A DNA stretch of 64,000 bases from Polyangiales bacterium (GTDB taxonomy: Bacteria > Myxococcota_A > Polyangia > Polyangiales > Houyiibacteriaceae), in NCBI GenBank assembly GCA_045106895.1, contig JBGCFM010000143.1, forward strand, positions 1 through 64,000, in the 5' to 3' direction. The notes beneath the pieces are model-generated. The model did not search any database. It was not told the DNA's origin and saw only the letters and a program-made list of their open reading frames with translations. Each line of letters begins with the position of its first letter. Position 1 is the first letter of the stretch. This document shows, piece by piece, positions 18,188-26,993 of the stretch. A program made the position numbers and the translations under genes.

Positions 18188-19447
18188 ATGGGGACCCCTT
18201 TTGGCCGTTATGAACTGATTCGCAAGATCGCCGCTGGCGGTATGGCGGAGATCTATCTTGCGCGACAATGGGGCGAGGCCGGGTTTTTTAGAGATGTCGT
18301 CATCAAACGGCTCTTCAAGAATCTCGCGGAACACGGCTCGACACTTCGAATGTTTCAGACGGAGGCACAGCTCCTCGCACACCTAAACCACCCGAACATC
18401 CCTCAGTGCATTGAGCTCGGCGTCGTCGACTCCTCCTGGTTCATGGCCATGGAATATGTGGATGGGTGGACGATCGCCGACGTTTGGCGAGCGAGCGCGA
18501 GGCAGGGTGCGATGATGCCGCTGCCAGTCACCATCGGCGCCATTATGCAGGTCTGCGAAGCTCTTCAGCACGCACATGAGGCGAAGGACAGGGCAGGGCG
18601 GCCGCTTCGGATCATTCATCGTGACGTGACTCCCCACAACGTCATGGTGACGCGAAGTGGCGTGGTGAAGCTCATGGATTTCGGTGTGGCGAAGACAGCG
18701 GCTCGCTCCGACACGGAGGCAGGCACCGTCAAAGGCACCTTCTCTTATATGGCGCCAGAGCAAGTGCGCGCGCGTCCACTCGACCCTCGCGCCGACGTCT
18801 TCGCCGTAGGCGTCATCCTCTACGAATTGACCACGGGTACCCGGCTGTTTCGGGGAACTGACACCGAGGTGATGATGAAGGTCGTCGAGCACGATGCTCC
18901 GCGGCCCTCCGAACGAGTTCCTGACTATCCGGGGGACCTTGAGGAGATCGTGATGGCGACGCTTCGGCGTGATGTTCGGAGTCGAATCGCGTCCGCCGCC
19001 GATCTCGCTCTGCATCTTGAGCATTTTGCGATGCGACACGGACTGCTCGTTGGGCCACGCACCGTCGCGGAGTTTGTACAGAACGCCTTACCAGCGACGC
19101 CCGTGGACAACGAAGACCTGGCGCTTGTTCGTGGAGAACGTCCCGACGTCAGCTACGATCGTGGCCCTCCGCGTGACGACCCCCCACCGCCCAGTGTGGA
19201 CACGCTCACTGAGGACAAGGACGTGGACGAGGCCGAACTCATGGACGCCCCGCCAAACCCAGCGTTTTCACGGCTGGAGTCTGTTCCCCCAGCGCCGCTT
19301 GAGGGGTTCGATGATGAACTCCTGCAGAGTGCGGAGCGGCCGGTGGTTCTTTTGGACACCAAAAAAGCCTCGGAACCGCCAGCACCGACCGGTGACCCAT
19401 ATCTCGCGAGCCTCGCCAAACGTCTGGAAGCAGACGATTTAGACTGA
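18188..19447 (+). CDS. Ser/Thr protein kinase, cytoplasmic, with acidic/Pro-rich tail
   Basis: FGRYELIRKIAAGGMAEIY, VVIKR, HRDVTPHN, DFGVAK, KGTFSYMAPEQ. Confidence 0.95.
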   Translation: MGTPFGRYELIRKIAAGGMAEIYLARQWGEAGFFRDVVIKRLFKNLAEHGSTLRMFQTEAQLLAHLNHPNIPQCIELGVVDSSWFMAMEYVDGWTIADVWRASARQGAMMPLPVTIGAIMQVCEALQHAHEAKDRAGRPLRIIHRDVTPHNVMVTRSGVVKLMDFGVAKTAARSDTEAGTVKGTFSYMAPEQVRARPLDPRADVFAVGVILYELTTGTRLFRGTDTEVMMKVVEHDAPRPSERVPDYPGDLEEIVMATLRRDVRSRIASAADLALHLEHFAMRHGLLVGPRTVAEFVQNALPATPVDNEDLALVRGERPDVSYDRGPPRDDPPPPSVDTLTEDKDVDEAELMDAPPNPAFSRLESVPPAPLEGFDDELLQSAERPVVLLDTKKASEPPAPTGDPYLASLAKRLEADDLD

Positions 19448-19457
19448 GTGGCCCAAG

Positions 19458-21923
19458 GTGCGCCATCTCGCGCCCACCTGTGTGCGTGTGAGCCAGGTGG
19501 CGTGGTGTCCGCCGACGCATTACGCTGTGAGCGTGGCACACGACGGCGCAGAATCCGCGGCACAGTCCGCACTCGAGCATTGGTTTGCAGGAAAGTGTGC
19601 GGAGGCGCTGACGGCTCTTTCTGCGCAGTCCGATCCTGTGTCCAACAGCATTCGCGTGCTCATCCGGACAGAAACCGGCGACGCGGGGCGGCTCGGGCCC
19701 GAGTATGACGCTCAGGAACCGATAAACGATGAGGTCCGGATGTACTTGGCCCTCGTGAAAGGCCGAATGGCGCATTCGTTGGGAGACTCCGAGGACGCGC
19801 TCTTCTCGTTTGATGACGCCGCCGCTCGCGCACGGCAGGTGGGGTCGTCAGCGTTTGAGTGTCGCGCTCATCTTGATGCCGCCGCACTTCACCTCTTTCG
19901 TGGAGCTCCTGGGGATGCGTCGGCCGCGGCGGGGCGTTTGGCGGACGCGCGAGCACTCGCGCACGACGCCGAACTGCGGTGGCCACTGCGTGTGCTCTTG
20001 GCCCGGGCTCGGGGAGCGAATGGCGATTGGGCGGGCGCGGTGGCGGACGCGAAGGAGATCGCGTCGGAAGCGGAGATGGCGGAACGCCCGCGCGCACAGG
20101 TCGCTGCGCTATTGGCGCATGCGGAAGCCGAGCATTCCAGTGGACGTGAGACCAAGGCCCGCCAGCTTGAGCAGCAGGCCGTGGAGGTATTGGATGGCCT
20201 GGCACTTCGCCTGCCGGTCAAAGAGCGCGAGGGGTTTTGGAGCGCGCCTGAGCGACGAGCTCTTCGGATGCGGGCGCGTCTTCGACCCACTGAGCGGAGC
20301 GCACCGTCCGACGGCGCCAAGGCGCTTCGCATTCTTGATATCACCAAGCGCTTGGCCAGCGAGCATGACCAGGAACGGCTGCTCGAACGCATCACCGATG
20401 CAGCCATCGAACTCGCTGGAGCGGAACGAGGCTTTGTTCTTTTGCCAGATGAAGCAGGTGTCCTCGAGCCCAAGCTCGTGCGTGCGGGAGCGAGCGAGGA
20501 TGACCCCTCGGTAGCGTTCTCCCGTTCTATCGCGGAGGCGGTGTGGATTGATGGCGAGCCGATTCTCACCGTCGATGCGCACCAGGACCGACGGCTTAGC
20601 GAGTATCTTTCCGTTCACAAACTTATGCTTCGATCCGTGGCGAGTCTGCCTATCCGTGGCCGCGACGGGACGCTCGGTGTGCTCTACCTTGAGCATCGAC
20701 TTCGAAGTGGTCGCTTCCGGGAATCCGACCTCGAGCTGCTGATGGCGTTTGCGGATTTGGTCGCCATCGCGCTCACGAATGCGCGACTCATTGAGTCTCT
20801 TGAGGCGCGAGAACGCCAGATTCGTCTCGCAAAAGATGAGGTGGAAGAAGCCAAGCGAGAGGTGGAGCGGGTACTGGATGCCCGCACCGACGAACTGGCG
20901 CTCACTCGCGCGGAACTCGGCCGGACGCGTGAAGCGCTTCGCGGCCGCTATGACCGCGAAGGCATCGTGGGCAAGAGCGAGAGCATGCGGCGTGTCTTCG
21001 CCGTCCTCGATCGAGTGCGGACAAACGCCGTGCCCGTTGTGATTCGCGGTGAAAGCGGAACCGGCAAGGAGCTGGTGGCGCGAGCGATTCACTTTGCGGG
21101 CACCCGCGCGGCGGAGTCGTTCGTTCCGATGAACTGTGCAGCAGTGCCCGAACCCCTCCTCGAGAGCGAACTCTTCGGTCACGTCCGTGGAGCGTTTACG
21201 GGGGCGGACCGCGCCCGACGTGGGGTCTTGGAACAGGCCCATGGGGGCACTCTCTTTCTCGACGAAGTGGGCGATATGCCTGCCAAGATGCAGGTTGACC
21301 TTCTACGCGTGCTGCAGGACGGGGTGGTTCGTCCCGTCGGAGGCGGCGAGGAGGACGAGGTGAGCGTTGACGTCCGCATCATCTCCGCGTCGAACAAGTC
21401 TCTCCCTGAGCTCGTCAAGAGTGGAGCGTTTCGGGAAGACTTGTTCTACAGGCTTCAGGTTGTCGGTATCGACCTGCCGCCGTTACGCGAGCGGGTGGAC
21501 GATTTGCCTCTCCTCGCGGACCATTTCCTTGCGCGATTTGCGGAACGCGACGACACACCGCGAAAACGTCTGACGCGCAAGGCGCTCCAACGAATCGCGG
21601 ATCATCCGATGCCGGGCAACATCCGTCAGCTTGAACATCTGCTCCTTAACGCATGTGTGATGGTTGAGGGCGATACCATTGAGGCGCAAGACCTCGCGCT
21701 TGGAGACGAAGTGTCGGCGACTCGTCGGCCGCTCCCCGCAGCGGAGGAGTCTGAGAAGGAAGTGCCGCCACAAAGTCTCGACGACTTTAAGGGGGCGGAG
21801 AAACAGAGGATCCTCGAGGCGCTCGAAGGCAACGGTTGGAACCGCGCCAAAGCTGCGCGTGCGCTGGATATCCCGCGTCGGACGTTTTATCGTCGCCTCA
21901 AGGAACACGGGATTCTCCAATGA
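19458..21923 (+). CDS. TPR-GAF sigma54-dependent transcriptional activator (bEBP)
   Basis: TPR-like helices, GAF (AERGFVLL...SVASLPI), coiled coil, GESGTGKE, GAFTGA, FLDEV, PGNIRQLE and HTH (WNRAKAARALDIPRRTFYRRL). Start uncertain. Confidence 0.9.
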   Translation: MRHLAPTCVRVSQVAWCPPTHYAVSVAHDGAESAAQSALEHWFAGKCAEALTALSAQSDPVSNSIRVLIRTETGDAGRLGPEYDAQEPINDEVRMYLALVKGRMAHSLGDSEDALFSFDDAAARARQVGSSAFECRAHLDAAALHLFRGAPGDASAAAGRLADARALAHDAELRWPLRVLLARARGANGDWAGAVADAKEIASEAEMAERPRAQVAALLAHAEAEHSSGRETKARQLEQQAVEVLDGLALRLPVKEREGFWSAPERRALRMRARLRPTERSAPSDGAKALRILDITKRLASEHDQERLLERITDAAIELAGAERGFVLLPDEAGVLEPKLVRAGASEDDPSVAFSRSIAEAVWIDGEPILTVDAHQDRRLSEYLSVHKLMLRSVASLPIRGRDGTLGVLYLEHRLRSGRFRESDLELLMAFADLVAIALTNARLIESLEARERQIRLAKDEVEEAKREVERVLDARTDELALTRAELGRTREALRGRYDREGIVGKSESMRRVFAVLDRVRTNAVPVVIRGESGTGKELVARAIHFAGTRAAESFVPMNCAAVPEPLLESELFGHVRGAFTGADRARRGVLEQAHGGTLFLDEVGDMPAKMQVDLLRVLQDGVVRPVGGGEEDEVSVDVRIISASNKSLPELVKSGAFREDLFYRLQVVGIDLPPLRERVDDLPLLADHFLARFAERDDTPRKRLTRKALQRIADHPMPGNIRQLEHLLLNACVMVEGDTIEAQDLALGDEVSATRRPLPAAEESEKEVPPQSLDDFKGAEKQRILEALEGNGWNRAKAARALDIPRRTFYRRLKEHGILQ

Positions 21924-22120
21924 AGGCATTGAGCGCTGTGATCTTATTGCTGGCTGTTGGGTGCCCCGAAGGGGTCACGCCACCGCCCCCACCTCCAGCG
22001 CGTCCATGCACGACGGAGATGGACTGCCTTCCAGAAGGTGGCTCACTGTGCGGTCCGATCATCGCGTGCGTGGATGGGTTTTGCGAGGGGGAACCCTCAC
22101 GCGTGGAGCCCTGTCCGTAG
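21920..22120 (+). CDS. 66-aa Cys-rich lipoprotein
   Basis: ATGA overlap with the activator stop; MKALSAVILLLAVGC lipobox; poly-Pro; six further Cys. Confidence 0.7.
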   Translation: MKALSAVILLLAVGCPEGVTPPPPPPARPCTTEMDCLPEGGSLCGPIIACVDGFCEGEPSRVEPCP

Positions 22121-22243
22121 ACGTTGAGCTTGTCCGTGAATGTGCGGCCCCCGACGGCGTCGAAGCCGCACATGGACCGAACTCATTCCGGATTTTTGGA
22201 TAAACGGGTCACGAGTGGCTCAAATAAGGCCTTTCGGAGGTCG

Positions 22244-23185
22244 ATGCGACCGCCGCTTGCGCCCTCGCGTTTGCCCCCAATACTGGCCGCCGTGCTTCGT
22301 CTTACCCTGTCCGCTCTCGTTCTTGTCCTCGCCGCCCTCTCGATTCCGTCGAGCGCCGCTGCCCAGCGGGAACACACTGTTCGCTCCGGTCAGTCACTCG
22401 CCCGTGTGGCTCGTCGCTATGGAGTGCGGGTTCATGACCTCGCCGCTGCAAACAACATGCGGGTCACGACGGAGCTTCGCCTCGGCCAGACGCTCACCAT
22501 TCCGGAGCGGGGTTACCACTACGTTCGCCAGGGTCAGAGCATCAGCGAGATTGCCCACGAGCATCAGATCACCGTGCAGGAGCTATTGCGCGCCAACAAC
22601 CTCGGCCGAGACGCCCGCATCCGACCGGGCCAGCGTCTGCTCTTGCCAGGAAATACCGCGAGTGAAGAGCGCGACGAGGCCGCGGAGCGATGGGGGCGGC
22701 CGCGAAACCCGGGTATCGTGACCCTCTACCGCGTGGCCACGCGGGAGCGAATGCGTGTACGATTCCTGAGCCGAAATGGCCGGCCCCGTCGCGCCGCAGT
22801 GCGACGCTTGACCGAGTTCTTGAGGGACCGGCGCACCGGCGACACACATCCGCCGTCGACAAGGTTGATTCAGCTTCTTTCTCGTGTCTCCGACCATTTC
22901 GGTGGTCGTGTCGTACACATCATGAGCGGATACCGGCCCGCAGGCCGGAACACGCGTGAAAGTTCGCGTCACGTGACCGGAGATGCTGTTGATTTGAAGA
23001 TCCAAGGGGTTCCAAACCGGACCCTCATCGAGTTTCTTCGAACACTTCCGGAGTGTGGGGTTGGTTTCTACCCAAACAGCAGTTTCGTTCACTTTGACGT
23101 TCGCGAACGACGCACTTACTGGGTGGACCGGTCTGGGCCATTGAACGGAAATAGCGACGAATCGGGCAATTCGGCCAGCGAGTAG
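22244..23185 (+). CDS. LysM x2 plus peptidase M15/DUF882 (YcbK/MepK-like) peptidoglycan endopeptidase
   Basis: Signal peptide; two LysM repeats (HTVRSGQSL...; HYVRQGQSI...); SGYR, SRHVTGDAVD and GVGFYPNSSFVHFDVR M15 motifs. Start uncertain. Confidence 0.85.
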   Translation: MRPPLAPSRLPPILAAVLRLTLSALVLVLAALSIPSSAAAQREHTVRSGQSLARVARRYGVRVHDLAAANNMRVTTELRLGQTLTIPERGYHYVRQGQSISEIAHEHQITVQELLRANNLGRDARIRPGQRLLLPGNTASEERDEAAERWGRPRNPGIVTLYRVATRERMRVRFLSRNGRPRRAAVRRLTEFLRDRRTGDTHPPSTRLIQLLSRVSDHFGGRVVHIMSGYRPAGRNTRESSRHVTGDAVDLKIQGVPNRTLIEFLRTLPECGVGFYPNSSFVHFDVRERRTYWVDRSGPLNGNSDESGNSASE

Positions 23186-23355
23186 TCAATCCTTCCCCGT
23201 TTTTTTGATTTGATCGGCCTCGTTTGCCACCATCAAGCCTGGTTAGGTCGTTCGTTGACAACTGAATGGTTCGCATAGCGGACACCGAGATTTTTGGGCG
23301 ATCTTCGCCCCATTTTCGGTGGCTGCGAGAACTCCTTCGACGGAGTTTGAAATGC

Positions 23356-23390
23356 GTCTAAATTATACCTAAATTAGGTGTAACTTAGAC
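23356..23390. promoter_or_regulatory. 35-bp AT-rich inverted repeat (candidate operator)
   Basis: GTCTAAATTATACCTAA-A-TTAGGTGTAACTTAGAC, with 15 of 17 arm positions complementary. Confidence 0.7.
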
Positions 23391-23398
23391 AGTATTTC

Positions 23399-23427
23399 TT
23401 GACGCTCCAGGGTGCTGCTCATAGGTT
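23399..23427 (+). promoter_or_regulatory. sigma70-like promoter of the XRE-pilM operon
   Basis: TTGACG (23399-404), 17 bp, TAGGTT (23422-27). Confidence 0.55.
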
Positions 23428-23448
23428 GTTAGAAGGTCTAAGACCACT

Positions 23449-23874
23449 ATGCCGATGGGATCTCTGGAGCACGACGAAACACCTTTTCCTGCAGCGAATG
23501 GGCCAGCAGATGGCGGAGAAGTGCGCGAAACGCGCGCTAGCTCGGGCGAGGGTGATGATGTGGAGCGGCGTGGACAAGCCCCCGCTGAATCGTCGGTGGT
23601 AGATTCCTCGGATTCGTCCGTGGATAAGCCCAAGAAAAAGCCGGCTCGCGCCAAGAAAAAAGGCGAGGGCGGGCATCCGAACAATGTTCGGAAAATCCGC
23701 ATTGAAAACATGATGTCGAAGGCAGAGCTGGCCCGACGTGCGAATCTTTCAGTGTTAACGGTCGACCGTGTGGAAAAGGGCTTTGGGTGCCGCGTCAATA
23801 CGAAGCGGAAAATTCTTGAAGCCTTGGGTCTCACCCTCGCAGATCGCATTCGTGTATTTGGCGAGGAGGAGTAA
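23449..23874 (+). CDS. XRE/Cro-family HTH regulator leading the pilM operon, with a disordered N-terminal extension
   Basis: NNVRKIRIENMMSKAELARRANLSVLTVDRVEKG...TKRKIL; 9 bp before pilM, a position known from Geobacter-type pilMNOPQ loci. Confidence 0.85.
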   Translation: MPMGSLEHDETPFPAANGPADGGEVRETRASSGEGDDVERRGQAPAESSVVDSSDSSVDKPKKKPARAKKKGEGGHPNNVRKIRIENMMSKAELARRANLSVLTVDRVEKGFGCRVNTKRKILEALGLTLADRIRVFGEEE

Positions 23875-23883
23875 TGCGCGTCG

Positions 23884-24936
23884 ATGGCTTCCGAAGGAAA
23901 AAACCTGGTTGGGGTCGACATTGGGTCGACCTCTATCAAGGTCTGTGAAATCAAGGAAAAGCGTGGTCGCCGACAGTTAGTTCGGTTTGGCTACCATGAG
24001 CTTCCGCCTGAGACGATTGTCGAAGGTCACATCATTAACCCTGGTGCGGTGGTGGAAGGGCTGGATAAGCTCTTTCATAAATCCAAGCGCCGGAACGTCG
24101 CTCTTCGTGCGAGTGGTCACTCTGTGATCATCAAGAAGATTGCGATGCCTATGATGTCGGCGGGAGAACTTGGTGAACAGATAAACTGGGAGGCGCAGCA
24201 GCACATCCCATTCGATCTCGCAGAAGTGCACATCGACTATCAGGTTCTCGGTCGCCGAGAAGCTGAGGGTCAGATGGACGTTCTTCTCGTGGCGGCCAAG
24301 CGAGAGGAGATCAGTGATCTGACGAACCTCGCCGTCGAAGCCAGGCTCAAGCCGATGGTTGTCGATTTGGACGCGTTCACGGTCCAGAACTGCTTTGAGG
24401 TGGGGTACGGCGAGCCGGATCCTGCTGACACAGTGGTTCTGGTGCATGTGGGTGCGTCCCTGACCACCGTGAATATCCTCGCGGACGGCACGACTGCCTT
24501 CACGCGTGATATCGCGAACGGTGGCAACTCGATCACCGAGGACTTGCAGCGCCAGCTTTCTATCAGTCGTGATGAAGCGGAAGCGTACAAATGCGGTGGA
24601 GATGGTCGCGGAATCGTCCCTCGTGAGGTTCCCGAGATTATCAATCAGGTCGTCGAGCAGCTCGCCGGAGAGATTCAGCGAAGCTTGGATTTCTACTTGG
24701 CCACGAGCGATGAGCGGGATCTGTCACGCATCTATGTCTCTGGCGGCACGGCGAACGTTCGTGCGTTGCTGGACGCGATTCATGACCGGGCACGCGTTCC
24801 GGTGGAGCCGCTGGACGCGCTTCGCGTCGCGGAGCCTGACAGTAAGCTGGACCCACTGACTCTGCAGGGGCGTACCGCTCAAGCCGTTGTGGCGATGGGG
24901 CTCGCGCTCCGCAAAGAGAAGGAGCGTAACGGATGA
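23884..24936 (+). CDS. pilM: type IV pilus assembly protein PilM (actin-like)
   Basis: VGVDIGSTSIK, HSVIIKKI, IPFDLAEVHIDYQ, EIQRSLDFY, VSGG, AMGLALR. Confidence 0.95.
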   Translation: MASEGKNLVGVDIGSTSIKVCEIKEKRGRRQLVRFGYHELPPETIVEGHIINPGAVVEGLDKLFHKSKRRNVALRASGHSVIIKKIAMPMMSAGELGEQINWEAQQHIPFDLAEVHIDYQVLGRREAEGQMDVLLVAAKREEISDLTNLAVEARLKPMVVDLDAFTVQNCFEVGYGEPDPADTVVLVHVGASLTTVNILADGTTAFTRDIANGGNSITEDLQRQLSISRDEAEAYKCGGDGRGIVPREVPEIINQVVEQLAGEIQRSLDFYLATSDERDLSRIYVSGGTANVRALLDAIHDRARVPVEPLDALRVAEPDSKLDPLTLQGRTAQAVVAMGLALRKEKERNG

Positions 24937-25598
24937 TTCGCATCAACCTGCTCGCGAGTACGAAGCGAGCTGCGCCTACAAAGACCGCATCCGCGCCGGC
25001 TGGCAGCACCCAAGTTTGGGCGGGGGTTTACTTCGCGTCGGTCGTTGCGGCCGCCGCCGTCTGCGCCTTCCTTTACTTTAGCGCTGACGCTGAGCTGGCC
25101 GCGAAGCTGTCTGAGAACCAGACGCTGGAAGGTCAGATTCAACAGCTGCGCTCGAGGAGCTCCCGTCTGGAGGAAGTTCAGGCCAAGCTTGCTGAGAGCC
25201 TCGCGCTCGAAGAAGTTGTCTCTGAACTCTCGCGTGGCCGAACGGGCCCAACGCGCGCGATGATGGAGATCTCGAACATTCTCGGAAGCGGAGAAGGCTC
25301 GGGTCCAACTATCGACCCCGCTGCACTCGAGGCACTTCGTCGAGACAATCCCCTCGCGACGTACAATCGAGCTTGGGATTCTCGCCGACTCTGGTTGGTG
25401 CGATTCGAAGAGAACAACCGTGAGTGTCGCATTGAGGGCGTCGGTCGAACGAATGAGGACGTCGCTGAGTTCTTGCGACGTCTTCAGCTCTCGGAGCTCT
25501 TCGATAACGTGACGCTCCAACGAACAGAGGCAGAAGCCGACAGGCAATCGAGCTTCGAGCTCATCAAATTCGAACTTCGTTGCCGGGTGACATACTAA
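24933..25598 (+). CDS. pilN: type IV pilus assembly protein PilN
   Basis: MIRINLL N-terminal motif, TM helix, coiled coil, VAEFLRRLQLSELF. Confidence 0.92.
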   Translation: MIRINLLASTKRAAPTKTASAPAGSTQVWAGVYFASVVAAAAVCAFLYFSADAELAAKLSENQTLEGQIQQLRSRSSRLEEVQAKLAESLALEEVVSELSRGRTGPTRAMMEISNILGSGEGSGPTIDPAALEALRRDNPLATYNRAWDSRRLWLVRFEENNRECRIEGVGRTNEDVAEFLRRLQLSELFDNVTLQRTEAEADRQSSFELIKFELRCRVTY

Positions 25599-26188
25599 TG
25601 GCTGCTGATAACTCATTCGAGAGCATGTCCACGCCCGTGCGTGTGTTCATTCTGGTCTTCATTCTCGCCATCGTCGGCGGCATCTACTTCTTCGTGTTCC
25701 ACTCACCGCTGATGGACGACATCGCGGCGGCGAATGTTCGCCACACCGAACTCGAAGATGAGCAACGGGAGGCTGAGCGCCGACAAGAAGAGTACCTTCG
25801 AGTCACCGAGGAGCTGGCGTCTCGTGAGGCCATCGATCGGGAGAATAAGCGAATCCTTCCCGAGGAAGCGGAGATGGCTGCATTTCTCCAGGACCTGAAT
25901 CGCGTCGCGGAACTGAGTGGGCTCGAAATGAAGCTTGTTGAACCACGACCGGAAGAAGCCGAGCAGCTCTACGTACGGCTTCCTGTTTCGCTGACCCTCG
26001 CGGGTCGCTTCCACCAGCTTGGTAAGTTCTTCTACAACGTGAGTCAGCTCCGGCGCGCGATCAACATGGAGAATATTGTCCTCTCTGACCCTGAGTCGAA
26101 CGACTCCGACGAGGTTGTTCTTTCTGTCGATGTGTTGGCCACGACGTTCCGGCGCAACGCACAGCCTACGGCTGGAGGTGCACAATGA
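25598..26188 (+). CDS. pilO: type IV pilus assembly protein PilO
   Basis: TM helix, LPEEAEMAAFL, SGLE, YVRLPV...GRFHQLGKFF, RAIN; TAATG coupling to pilN. Confidence 0.92.
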   Translation: MAADNSFESMSTPVRVFILVFILAIVGGIYFFVFHSPLMDDIAAANVRHTELEDEQREAERRQEEYLRVTEELASREAIDRENKRILPEEAEMAAFLQDLNRVAELSGLEMKLVEPRPEEAEQLYVRLPVSLTLAGRFHQLGKFFYNVSQLRRAINMENIVLSDPESNDSDEVVLSVDVLATTFRRNAQPTAGGAQ

Positions 26189-26829
26189 ACCGGTGGAAAC
26201 GTAATCTCTCGGTGCTGGGAATCGTGTTCGCGCTGACGGGCTGTGATGACGAAGTCGTCGTGGGCGGAAGTGCGCCCCCGGCACCTGCTGCAGAGGCGCC
26301 GACGGCACCCGTCGCACCTGTTGCGCCTGTTGCCCCCGGAGCTGCGACGGCGCCTGAAGAAGAGGGCGAGGCGGAAGTTCCTACACTCGCGTACGTCGAC
26401 GACGACTTTGTCGAGCTGGACGTTCGTAATCGTGACCCCTTCCGGCGCTTCGTCGCCGTCGCTGTCGGGTCCGACACTCCATCCGTTCAACGTCGTGTGA
26501 TCATGCCGGCGACGTCCATCGAGGAGATGAGGCTCATCGCCATTGTCGGTGGCATCTCTCAGCCGAGAGCCATGCTCCAAGATACATCCGGTGTGGGCTT
26601 CGTCGTGAAGAAGGACGACTACATTGGCCGTGAGGAGATTCTGCAGGCGGGTGGCTCGGACTCGATGCCCGTCACGCTTAACTGGCAGGTCGCGCGCATT
26701 CGAAGTGCGTCGGGAGAAGTTGTGTTGACCCGGACAGATCCGACAGCGCCGGACCGACCACCGCTCACACGTGTCATTCCTCTCCACGACGAAGAAGAAA
26801 TGGCGCAACGAAACCTAGCTGTTCAATAA
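26185..26829 (+). CDS. pilP: type IV pilus lipoprotein PilP
   Basis: Lipobox LTGC, Pro/Ala linker, RDPF motif, MRLIAIV...PRAMLQD..GVGFVVK.DDYIG. Confidence 0.88.
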   Translation: MNRWKRNLSVLGIVFALTGCDDEVVVGGSAPPAPAAEAPTAPVAPVAPVAPGAATAPEEEGEAEVPTLAYVDDDFVELDVRNRDPFRRFVAVAVGSDTPSVQRRVIMPATSIEEMRLIAIVGGISQPRAMLQDTSGVGFVVKKDDYIGREEILQAGGSDSMPVTLNWQVARIRSASGEVVLTRTDPTAPDRPPLTRVIPLHDEEEMAQRNLAVQ

Positions 26830-26850
26830 GCACGTTCATTTTCTGTGACG

Positions 26851-26880
26851 AGGCGGTACCGATGAGGTGCCGCCTTTTTG
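26851..26880 (+). terminator. intrinsic terminator-like hairpin between pilP and pilQ
   Basis: AGGCGGTACC-gatga-GGTGCCGCCT followed by a T run. Confidence 0.7.
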
Positions 26881-26993
26881 CGTTTTGAAGCGGCGTTGCC
26901 GAAATGGATCATTGTCGTTTTCTTGCGGCATTGCATTAACACCAGGGATGATTTGACTCGCGACGGTTTTGTGCTCGCGATCGAGGAGTCTCC

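Noticed and set aside
18062..18382. N-terminal extension of the metalloprotease ORF to 18382
   Set aside because: It would overlap the divergent kinase, and a clean lipoprotein signal begins at ATG 18061. Similar over-extended starts were trimmed for thrC, DUF4159, RecQ, the methyltransferase and the 52090 lipoprotein.
23255..23285. Perfect TTGACA upstream of the XRE gene
   Set aside because: No acceptable -10 hexamer at 16-18 bp spacing.
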